A stretch of 47,930 bases of DNA from Patescibacteria group bacterium (GTDB lineage Bacteria; Patescibacteriota; Patescibacteriia; Patescibacteriales; UBA12075). The stretch lies in NCBI GenBank assembly GCA_034722035.1, contig JAYENK010000019.1, positions 1 to 47,930 on the forward strand, read 5' to 3'. The notes under the pieces are model-generated. The model was not told the DNA's origin. It ran no database searches and saw only the letters and a program-made list of their open reading frames with translations. A program made the position numbers and the translations under genes. Shown piece by piece: positions 1 to 7,907 of the stretch (positions are counted from its first letter, which is position 1; every line of letters begins with the position of its first letter).

Positions 1-1666
1 TATTATCAAATTTATCAGTTTCAATCTGATATTTATAAAATTGCTCTTTCTCAATTTTGACTCTTATTTTTTTTATATCTGATTTTGTTTTAGCGCTTTT
101 CAACTCTCTGATATATTTATTATTCCATTCAAGAAGCTCAGTATAAACAAAACTGCCACCGCCTTTCCAGTCAACATCTTTGGAAATACCAGTTTTGTCG
201 CCATTAATTACATTAATTAATCTTGCTTCCGGTAATTCATGAATATAGTCCATTTGTTCAATTAGTATATACCTTCTATTCATTTTGTGTGCAACTGCTC
301 CCGTTGTTCCAGTTCCTGCATGATAATCAAGAACTAAATCATTTTCACTAGTTGAAATATTCATAATTCTTCTAAGTAAAGATTCGGGTTTTTGTCCATC
401 AAATATTAACCTCTCTTTATCGTTTGCAGAAATAATTTTTACCTCCTCATCACTCCATAAATCTGATAAAGGATTACCATCCTTTTCGTCTAGATATCTC
501 TTAACTCTTGGAATACCATTCTTAGTAAAAATAATTTTACCATCTTTTATTCCTTTACTAATTTTTTCTTGGTCCCAAATCCAATGTTTACCTTTCGGAG
601 GTGTGAGTAATTTACTTTTAAAGACTCTTGGTTCACCCTGTCCTTTTTGAGTAAAATCAAAAGATCCATACTTTCTTTTTGTTTTTTCCTCCAGGTATGG
701 ATAATTTTTTAAATCTTGTGCCTCCTCCGCTTTTATAAATACCTTGTTTATATTAAATTCTTTAGTCTTAGAATAAACAAGAATATGTTCTGTAATATTT
801 GATAAATCAAAACTTTGTTTTTTTGCGCTTAATAATTTACGCCATATTATATTATTTCGAAAATTATCGTATCCAAAAATTTCATCCATTAAAACTTTTA
901 AATATGAGTGTTCATTATTGTCAATTTGAATAAAAATACACCCTTCATTTATCAACAATTCCCTGGCAATCTCCAACCTATTCTTCATAAATGTCAACCA
1001 ACTAGAATGGTTAAAAGAATCATTATATTTAAATTCATCATTGCCGGTATTATAGGGCGGATCAATATAAATCAATTTTACTTTATTTCTATAATTTTGA
1101 AGTAAGGAATAAAGAGCTAAGAGATTGTTTCCTTTAATTATTAAATTATCATTTTGAGAAATTTCTTTTAATTTTTGCTGACCATTTTTATCAAATTTTT
1201 TCCAGTTAGTTAAAACTTTTGGTTCCTTTAGTCTGTCTATCTCATCAGGAGCAAGAACAGTATTATAAAAAATCTCATTTCTTCCAACATCTTCCTTGTC
1301 TTGCCCGCCCTCTAAAATACAATCTTTATGAGGAAATACTAAAGAAACATCATCTTGAGCAGAAATAAATTTTTTATTATCTGTTAGTCCGATACTTACT
1401 TCAAATGCCGTAAATGAATCCGGTAAAAATTCATTCATCGTAACCAACTGTAAAAAATTCTCTTTTTGAAAAATTGTCAATTTGCCGACTTTTTTAAAAA
1501 ATCTCTTTTCAACTTCCTTGCTCGTTGCTAGTAACTCTAACAATTTCTCATCATCTTTTGTTATCAATGAAATAAGTTCGCCTTTCAAAAGTTTATTATC
1601 ATCTTTAGAAAAAAGCCTTTTATCTTTTTTTAAAATTTTTGTAATTTCTGCAAGGAATTTATTCAT
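1..1666 (-). CDS. mod: Type III restriction-modification DNA adenine methyltransferase (Mod), 3' end outside window
   Basis: Missing from the ORF track; translated manually from ATG at 1666 (MNKFLAEITKILKKDKRLF...). Contains NLIIKGNNLLAL, LIYIDPPYNTG (DPPY at 1052-1063), QKPESLLRRI, LVLDYHAGTGTTGAVAHKMNRRYILIEQ and WKGGGSFVYTEL, in beta-class order. Open to the window edge. Confidence 0.92.
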   Translation of the reverse strand, partial: MNKFLAEITKILKKDKRLFSKDDNKLLKGELISLITKDDEKLLELLATSKEVEKRFFKKVGKLTIFQKENFLQLVTMNEFLPDSFTAFEVSIGLTDNKKFISAQDDVSLVFPHKDCILEGGQDKEDVGRNEIFYNTVLAPDEIDRLKEPKVLTNWKKFDKNGQQKLKEISQNDNLIIKGNNLLALYSLLQNYRNKVKLIYIDPPYNTGNDEFKYNDSFNHSSWLTFMKNRLEIARELLINEGCIFIQIDNNEHSYLKVLMDEIFGYDNFRNNIIWRKLLSAKKQSFDLSNITEHILVYSKTKEFNINKVFIKAEEAQDLKNYPYLEEKTKRKYGSFDFTQKGQGEPRVFKSKLLTPPKGKHWIWDQEKISKGIKDGKIIFTKNGIPRVKRYLDEKDGNPLSDLWSDEEVKIISANDKERLIFDGQKPESLLRRIMNISTSENDLVLDYHAGTGTTGAVAHKMNRRYILIEQMDYIHELPEARLINVINGDKTGISKDVDWKGGGSFVYTELLEWNNKYIRELKSAKTKSDIKKIRVKIEKEQFYKYQIETDKFDN

Positions 1667-1810
1667 ATAATTATTGCTAAATAGTATAATATTTAAAAAT
1701 AAAATAATTGTTAACTTATATAAAATATACCATTTTTTACATCGAAATTCAATTTTTGCTCAAATCAGTTTTTTTCTAAAAATTTATTTTTTATTATTTT
1801 TCACAACTGT

Positions 1811-1839
1811 TTGACTTTTGCTAATTTTTATTGTATTCT
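1811..1839 (+). promoter_or_regulatory. sigma70-type promoter for tRNA-Gln
   Basis: TTGACT (1811-1816), 17-nt spacer, TATTCT (1834-1839), just upstream of the tRNA. Confidence 0.65.
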
Positions 1840-1872
1840 CATATTAGCCGGAGAAGAGCCGGCATTTTTAAT

Positions 1873-1943
1873 TCGGAGGTCGTCTAACGGTAGGACAGCT
1901 GGTTTTGGTCCAGTCAATGGGGGTTCGATTCCCTCCCTCCGAG
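1873..1943 (+). tRNA. tRNA-Gln (TTG)
   Basis: Acceptor stem TCGGAGG/CCTCCGA, D arm GTC-TAACGGTAG-GAC, anticodon arm GCTGG-TTTTGGT-CCAGT, T loop GGTTCGATTCC, discriminator G. CCA is not encoded. Confidence 0.96.
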
Positions 1944-1947
1944 CAAT

Positions 1948-1982
1948 AAAAAAAGTCCCGAATTCTTTCGGGACTTTTTTTT
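1948..1982. terminator. Bidirectional intrinsic terminator between tRNA-Gln and murF
   Basis: A-tract, GTCCCGAA-ttct-TTCGGGAC, T-tract, between convergent genes. Confidence 0.88.
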
Positions 1983-1997
1983 ATTGGTTAATATAAC

Positions 1998-3293
1998 TTA
2001 TTTTTTTATCCACTCTCTACTATGCCGTACCAACAATTCTTCAGCTCGAAGTGGTTCTGCCATGAGTTCCTTAACAATTTTTTCCATCCGCGCTCCCTGT
2101 GATCCTTTTACCAGGAGCATGTCATTTTCTCTTATCCTGTCTTGTAAAAACAAACCAGCCTCAGCGGAAAATGGAAAACAAAAAATGTTGTCAACTTTCA
2201 TGCCTGCCTCCTCGGCACTACGGGCAATATCACGTGCTCTCTCCCCTACCACAATTAATTTATCTATTCCAGCTTTGTGTACGATTTTACCGATATTTTG
2301 ATGCAACTCAACTGATTGATCGCCCAACTCCAATATATCGCCTAAAACCGCAAATTTTCTTGCCCCCTCTGCACTTGGGATATTCTTAAAAGTGTTTAGA
2401 GCGGTTCTCATTGACTCCGGTTCAGCATTATAAGTGTCATCAATTATGACTGTATTTTTGATTCCTTCCACCACTCTCATTCTTCCTTTTGGTGATTTAT
2501 ATTCCTTTAGGCCGGCTGATATTTCTTTTAAGCTAAGCCCTAGCGCTAAACCAACCCCTGCCGCCCCTAAGGCCGAATAAAGTGCCGGAGCACCCAAAAC
2601 ATCCGGTAATTTCACCAAAAATTCTTTGTTTTTAAATTCAAGGATAAAGCTAATACCGGTTAAATTTCGACTATTTTTTTCACTAATATAATGATTTCTA
2701 ATTTTACTCGCTCGCAAATCCGCCCCCTCATCAAGCCCGTAGCTAATCTTCTGAGTTTTAATCTCAGATAAACCTTCCTGAGTATTTTTATTATCATAAT
2801 TTATTACCGCACTCGCGTTCTCAGACAAGCTATCTATTAATTTCATCTTTTCCTTAATCAATTCACCATGATTTTTAAAATATTCTACATGCACTGTGCC
2901 GATGTAAGTCAGCACGCCCACGTCACATTTTACAATATCAAGTAAATAGTCCATATCCCCCGGACGATCAACCCCCATTTCCAAAACCAAAAGTTCAGGG
3001 TAATTTTTATCAGTAAATATTATCAACCTGAAAGCACGCAAAAAAACCAGAGTCCAAGCAAAAATATTACGTCCATGCGCTTTTTCCCCAATGATAGTAA
3101 GAGGCAGACCAAGTTCATTATTATAATTTTTTATACTCCGACGTACTCGATATTTATTTTTGAGCACCGCATAAACCGCTTCCTTGGTACTGGTTTTGCC
3201 AATACTACCGGTAATACCAATAATCTTGGGCTGATATTTCTTTAGAATTAACTTTGCTAATATTTTTAATTTTAGTTCTATTATTTTCCCCAT
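1998..3293 (-). CDS. murF: UDP-N-acetylmuramoyl-tripeptide--D-Ala-D-Ala ligase
   Basis: GITGSIGKTSTKE P-loop, NYNNELGLPLT, VLEMG, IIDDTYNAEP, VLGDILELG, LVKGSQG. Confidence 0.92.
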   Translation of the reverse strand: MGKIIELKLKILAKLILKKYQPKIIGITGSIGKTSTKEAVYAVLKNKYRVRRSIKNYNNELGLPLTIIGEKAHGRNIFAWTLVFLRAFRLIIFTDKNYPELLVLEMGVDRPGDMDYLLDIVKCDVGVLTYIGTVHVEYFKNHGELIKEKMKLIDSLSENASAVINYDNKNTQEGLSEIKTQKISYGLDEGADLRASKIRNHYISEKNSRNLTGISFILEFKNKEFLVKLPDVLGAPALYSALGAAGVGLALGLSLKEISAGLKEYKSPKGRMRVVEGIKNTVIIDDTYNAEPESMRTALNTFKNIPSAEGARKFAVLGDILELGDQSVELHQNIGKIVHKAGIDKLIVVGERARDIARSAEEAGMKVDNIFCFPFSAEAGLFLQDRIRENDMLLVKGSQGARMEKIVKELMAEPLRAEELLVRHSREWIKK

Positions 3294-3378
3294 ATAATTT
3301 ATAATAAAAAATACTATTATTACTTATAATAATAGCATTTTTTGTATATATATCAATATAAAAAATTTCTAATTGAAT

Positions 3379-5295
3379 TCATCTCTCTTTCGGTACTTGG
3401 TAATAATTCAAAATAAAATCTGCGATTTTGCTAAAAAGTGGAGCGGCGGTGGAGGCGGAATATTTTGCATTTCTGGGGCGATCCAGCTTAATCAGCATCA
3501 CAAAACGCGGATCTTCCGCCGGGACAAACCCAACAAAAGAATGAATAGTTTCTTTTTCTAAATATCCTCCCCGTTCTTGATCTGAAACCTGAGCCGTACC
3601 GGTTTTGCCGGCCGCGTAATACCCCTTAACTCCGGCCAACTTAGCATGACCGCCATCTATTACATGAACCATCATGCCAGACAAAAGGAAAGAATTTTTT
3701 TCTTGAATTACTCGCCTAAGTTGCTGTGGATTAGTCTGATGAATCGTGCCGTCCGGCTCAATTATTTTTTCCACCAAATATGGCTTCATCAAAATTCCAC
3801 CATTAGCAATCGCACTAAAAGCAGTCACCAATTGAATCGGCGTAGCCGTAATCCCTTGGCCGAATGACGCTGTAGCGGCTTCGACCGGACGAATCCGATT
3901 CCGCTCCAAATTAACAATATTACTCAACCCTTCTGTCTCAAGTTCTATCCCGGTTTTCTCGCCAAAGCCAAAATCTTTAACGTATTCGGCAAAATTCTTT
4001 GCACCAACTTTTTCCTGAACAAAAATTGAACCGGTATTTAAAGATTCGGCTAAAACCGTTATCATATTAACCGTGCCGTGTCCGCCCCTAATTTCATAAT
4101 CAGAATTTTTAATCGGCTTATGCCAGCCTTCAATCATAATTTGCCCCTCATCGCGGTACTTGCTTTGTGGCGTTATCACTCCCTGATCCAATCCGGCTGC
4201 CATGGTTATTGCTTTAAAAATTGAACCGGGTTCATAAGCATCAAATATAGCCGGATTATTATATGCTCTAACGTTTTCAACTTCATTATAATAATTCGGA
4301 TCATAGCTTGGCTGGGAACACATCGCCATGATTGCTCCAGTGTTTGGATTCATAATTATTATCGTACCGGACAAAGCATCATACTGTTCTATGCTCTCTT
4401 GCAATTTTTGACAAGTAAAATATTGAATGGAACGATTAATACTCAAATATAAATCACTACCATCTTCTGCCTGGCTATATTCCCAATCATTAATAATTAA
4501 TTCACCTCCCAAGGCTGATTTTTCCGCTTTTACCCGTCCTCTTTCTCCGGACAACTCTTCGTTAAAAAATCCTTCCAGCCCATAACGTCCAGCTAATTCA
4601 TCGTTGCCATAACCAACAAAACCAAGTATATGCGCTCCAATCTCCTTATCCGGATAATAACGATGTTTTTCCATAATATGATAAACTCCGGATATTTCCA
4701 AATCAAGCAACTTATTTAAAATCTCTTTATCGACTTTTCTTTTAATTGGCTCATATGGATCAAATTTCTTTTCCAGTTTTTTTAAGTAAGCATTTATTAT
4801 CTCTTCTTTTTTATTTTTTAGCTCAAGCTCAAACTTTATTTCCCGAAATTCTTGTCGCTCTTTCTTCTCATCAGCACTTAAGTCACCTTCTCTTAATTCT
4901 TTAAAAAATACATCTTTATTCAAAATTTCGTTAATTTCTGTTCGCACTTCCTTTTCATCAAATAATTTATAGAACACTTCAGCCGTACTTTGAGCATCTT
5001 CAATTTCGTATGGCACAACATAAACTAAAGCCAAGTCCTTATTCATTGCTACCGGAAAACTAACTTCTTTACCATCTTTTTTTTCCTGAACCAATATCTG
5101 CCCTCTTTCCGGTTTAAGCTCATTTAGAACCTGATGCTGTGAGGAAGCTAAAACAGAATAATAGTCATGTTGCCATACTTGTAACAAGATTAAACGATAA
5201 CACAGAGCTAGACCCAATAAAAAAATAATCGCCAAAAGAAAATTTAAGCGATTGTTAGCAGCTGTTTTTTTAATTTTTCGCATTCTTCGCCTCAT
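3379..5295 (-). CDS. ftsI: Class B penicillin-binding protein (FtsI/PBP3-like)
   Basis: N-terminal TM, ERGQI, RYYP, EPGSIFK (SxxK), SLN (SxN), GKTGT; dcw position. Confidence 0.88.
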   Translation of the reverse strand: MRRRMRKIKKTAANNRLNFLLAIIFLLGLALCYRLILLQVWQHDYYSVLASSQHQVLNELKPERGQILVQEKKDGKEVSFPVAMNKDLALVYVVPYEIEDAQSTAEVFYKLFDEKEVRTEINEILNKDVFFKELREGDLSADEKKERQEFREIKFELELKNKKEEIINAYLKKLEKKFDPYEPIKRKVDKEILNKLLDLEISGVYHIMEKHRYYPDKEIGAHILGFVGYGNDELAGRYGLEGFFNEELSGERGRVKAEKSALGGELIINDWEYSQAEDGSDLYLSINRSIQYFTCQKLQESIEQYDALSGTIIIMNPNTGAIMAMCSQPSYDPNYYNEVENVRAYNNPAIFDAYEPGSIFKAITMAAGLDQGVITPQSKYRDEGQIMIEGWHKPIKNSDYEIRGGHGTVNMITVLAESLNTGSIFVQEKVGAKNFAEYVKDFGFGEKTGIELETEGLSNIVNLERNRIRPVEAATASFGQGITATPIQLVTAFSAIANGGILMKPYLVEKIIEPDGTIHQTNPQQLRRVIQEKNSFLLSGMMVHVIDGGHAKLAGVKGYYAAGKTGTAQVSDQERGGYLEKETIHSFVGFVPAEDPRFVMLIKLDRPRNAKYSASTAAPLFSKIADFILNYYQVPKER

Positions 5296-5317
5296 ACCTT
5301 CATGTGTTTTTGTTCTA

Positions 5318-5650
5318 CTACTTTAAAGCCACCCCCAAATCATTAGCATCAATATATTCTATTGTGTCCACTTTAACCATTTTTAAGTTTTTGGCTCTCT
5401 CTTCAATATTCTCCATTGATTGCATGTTCAAGCTAAGTATTTTTAATTCCTCTTGCTTTTTTTGTTCTTCCTTAAGTTGAATATTAAAATCGGACAAAAC
5501 AAAACCTTTTATGGAAATATCATTGGCCAAAGCCATATAAAACACTCCGCAGATTACAATCAAGCATAACAAAAAGCGATTAAGAATCGGCAAACGAAAA
5601 AACTTTTCTTTTTTCGGTATCTTCCATGTTTTTGTTTTGGTTTTTGTCAT
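5318..5650 (-). CDS. ftsL: FtsL-like cell division protein
   Basis: Basic N-terminus, one TM, coiled coil, IEERAKNLKMV; lies between rsmH and ftsI. Confidence 0.65.
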   Translation of the reverse strand: MTKTKTKTWKIPKKEKFFRLPILNRFLLCLIVICGVFYMALANDISIKGFVLSDFNIQLKEEQKKQEELKILSLNMQSMENIEERAKNLKMVKVDTIEYIDANDLGVALK

Positions 5651-5658
5651 TTTTTTCT

Positions 5659-6615
5659 TTAAATTTTTTCGACTGCTCTTAGCTTAGCGCTACGACTTCT
5701 TTTGTTATTTTTTATTTCCTCCAAACTAGGCGTAATAATTTTTTTGTTTAATATTTTTACTCTTTTTGTATGACCACAACGACAAGTGGGTAATTCTTTT
5801 GGACAAAGACAGTGCTTACTTTCATCTCTAAAAAAATTCTTGACGATTCTATCCTCCAGACTATGAAAAGAAAGCACTACAATTTTTCCACCTTTTTTGA
5901 TATTATCAAGTCCACTTTTCAAAGCTGTCTTTAAAGCATTTAATTCATCATTAGTCTCAATCCGAAGCGCCTGAAAAGTTTTAGTGGCAAAATGAATTTT
6001 GGCATGACGATATTTTCCGGGAACAGCTTCGGCAATAATATCTACTAACTCTTTAGTAGTTTTTATTTCTTCCTCTTCTCTTGCTCTAATTATCGCTTTA
6101 CTAATAGAATTGGCGTATCTTTCTTCGCCATAGTCCCTTATTACTCTGAACAATTCTTTAAACTTATATTTATTGACTATCTCGGTAGTAGCTACAACAT
6201 TATCTACATCCTTGGAAAAAGCCATGTCTAGCGGAGCATCCAGCTGAAAAGAGAATCCACGACGCCGGTCGGCAAGCTGATTCGATGATAGCCCCAGATC
6301 AAAAACAATGCCAGATATTTTTTTGCCTATTGTAAATATCTCCTCTTTTTTAAAAATATTTGATAAATTTTGAAAATTTTCATGATAAAGAACGATATTT
6401 TTAATCTTCTTTTTATTTATTATAACTTGATTATACTTAATTGCTTTCTCATCAGCATCAAGCGCGATTACAAGACCTTTTGCTCCTACTTTTTTCGCAA
6501 TGTCGTAGGTGTAGGCGCCGCCGCCAAGAGTGCAATCAATAATAATTTGCCCTTTCTCCGGACGCAAAAATTCCAAAACCACGTCAAGCATAACCGGAAC
6601 ATGCTGGTTTTCCAT
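5659..6615 (-). CDS. rsmH: 16S rRNA m4C1402 methyltransferase
   Basis: HVPVML, DCTLGGG, FDLGLSS, FQALRIETNDEL, SFHSLEDRIVK, RSRSAKLR. ATG at 6615 preferred over the track start at 6627. Confidence 0.96.
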   Translation of the reverse strand: MENQHVPVMLDVVLEFLRPEKGQIIIDCTLGGGAYTYDIAKKVGAKGLVIALDADEKAIKYNQVIINKKKIKNIVLYHENFQNLSNIFKKEEIFTIGKKISGIVFDLGLSSNQLADRRRGFSFQLDAPLDMAFSKDVDNVVATTEIVNKYKFKELFRVIRDYGEERYANSISKAIIRAREEEEIKTTKELVDIIAEAVPGKYRHAKIHFATKTFQALRIETNDELNALKTALKSGLDNIKKGGKIVVLSFHSLEDRIVKNFFRDESKHCLCPKELPTCRCGHTKRVKILNKKIITPSLEEIKNNKRSRSAKLRAVEKI

Positions 6616-6855
6616 ATTATAAAACAAGCGCTCGTGAACGCATTAAAACTACGCTCTTAAGTTCTTCGTTGTTAACAAATGGCGCTTTGATAATCCTTAC
6701 TCTTAGTTTTTCGATTATTTTTTGGTTTTTGGTTTTTGGTTTCACTTTGATCATTTTATATTTTTATTTTTATTTTTGGTGAGAAGCCATTTTGGCAAAA
6801 CCATTCTGACGCCAAGAACTAAATAATTTTTCTTCTATATTTGCCTTCTTATAAC
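6616..6855 (-). ncRNA. Candidate structured cis-RNA between mraZ and rsmH
   Basis: Nested long-range pairings 6843-6855/6616-6629, 6814-6820/6660-6666 and 6809-6813/6681-6685, plus local hairpin 6636-6656; G-U pairs work on the minus strand. Confidence 0.4.
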
Positions 6856-6934
6856 TCATTTGAAACAATGAACTAATAATAAAATATTATAAATAATAGT
6901 AATATAAACACCTTCATTCTTAATTCTTAATTGA

Positions 6935-7366
6935 CTACACTCCAAACTCCCCCAAACCTTCTGCAATAGAGTTTGATTCTTTTTCACTACTTTCTTTGTA
7001 GTTATTCCATTTGTCTTCATCCCAAAGCTCCAAGCGGTCGTACAAGCCGGCTACTACCAGTTTTTTTTTCATGCCGGAAAAATTACGCAAGTATTCGGGA
7101 AGCATAACTCGTCCTTGCGAATCTAAATTGAGATCCATGGCTCCGGCTAACATGTGTCTGGCATAAGCTCTTGCCTTGGCTTGACTTTTCGGTAGCTGGG
7201 CGTACTTTTTAGCTTCTTCTGCAAATTCTTCTTTTGGATACAAAAACAAACAGTTGTCTAGCCCTTTGGTTACAACTGCTCCTTGCTTAAGTTGAGCGCG
7301 AAACTTAACCGGAATCGCAACTCGCCCCTTATCGTCAATATTATGATGATATTCTCCGATAAACAT
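6935..7366 (-). CDS. mraZ: Division/cell wall cluster transcriptional repressor MraZ
   Basis: MFIGEYHHNIDDKGRVAIP, GLDNCLFLYP, LDSQGRVMLP, RLELWD. Confidence 0.97.
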   Translation of the reverse strand: MFIGEYHHNIDDKGRVAIPVKFRAQLKQGAVVTKGLDNCLFLYPKEEFAEEAKKYAQLPKSQAKARAYARHMLAGAMDLNLDSQGRVMLPEYLRNFSGMKKKLVVAGLYDRLELWDEDKWNNYKESSEKESNSIAEGLGEFGV

Positions 7367-7797
7367 ACGTTATCACGCTTCGCGTGAGCCCCTCTACGAA
7401 CAGGGCACATGCGAATGATTATTATAAACCACAAACGCAGATGTTGGGAACATCTGCGCATGGGGGTTCTAATGTTAAATGCTTATACATTAAGCACGAC
7501 AAGCATGGTAACTAATAATTTGATTTTTCACTAAGACTCAAGAGGAGACTGATCGACCGCTCGTTTTAAAAGCTAGTGATCAAACCCCTTCTTCGCCTTA
7601 ATTGTAAGAATGCATCCCCATGCATTTATTTTTGTTTTTGTTTTTGTTTTTGCAACTAGCGCGAATTGTCTTGGCTAGTTATTTTTTATTTTTGTTTAAT
7701 TTTGTTTTTTGTTTTTAAATTTATATAAAAATATAAACTTCAATTTTACATTCGCATGTCCCGTATTCGTAGTGTGGGTCGGCGTAGCCGATAACAC
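7367..7797 (-). ncRNA. Large structured RNA (or inverted-repeat-bounded element) filling the mraZ 5' leader
   Basis: ~50-nt imperfect terminal inverted repeats including a perfect 11 bp (7749-7759/7407-7417), at least six internal hairpins, G-U bias to the minus strand, no credible ORF. Confidence 0.65.
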
Positions 7798-7858
7798 CAC
7801 TTTTCCCCACTTATCACCAATCTAACTTCATTATACTCCACATTCTACCATAAGTCAA
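7797..7858 (-). promoter_or_regulatory. mraZ/dcw promoter with MraZ-type GTGG boxes
   Basis: Minus strand TTGACT (7853-7858), 17 nt, TATAAT (7830-7835). 10-nt periodic boxes ATGGtagaat-GTGGagtata inside the promoter and TTGGtgataa-GTGGggaaaa-GTGG downstream, matching known MraZ operator architecture. Confidence 0.85.
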
Positions 7859-7907
7859 CACCTCTCTGCCCATTATTTAATAACTAATATTAAAAAAATT
7901 ATTAAAT

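Noticed and set aside
1-1943. tRNA-integrated island carrying mod
   Set aside because: mod is on the 5' side of the tRNA; no integrase or duplicated tRNA end is visible.
1811-1996. 61-aa ORF
   Set aside because: Spans the promoter, tRNA-Gln and terminator.
7270-7461. 63-aa ORF overlapping mraZ
   Set aside because: Out-of-frame overlap with mraZ and no protein-like features.
7457-7624. 6S RNA for the ~170-nt inner domain
   Set aside because: The bubble would be very asymmetric (~6 vs ~60 nt) and the domain is nested in a larger fold; not excluded without a covariance-model search.
7367-7797. tmRNA, RNase P, SRP or self-splicing intron
   Set aside because: No tRNA-like T-arm or tag ORF, no GAGGAAAGUCC, no SRP loop motif, no GUGCG start or domain V, no recognisable group I core.
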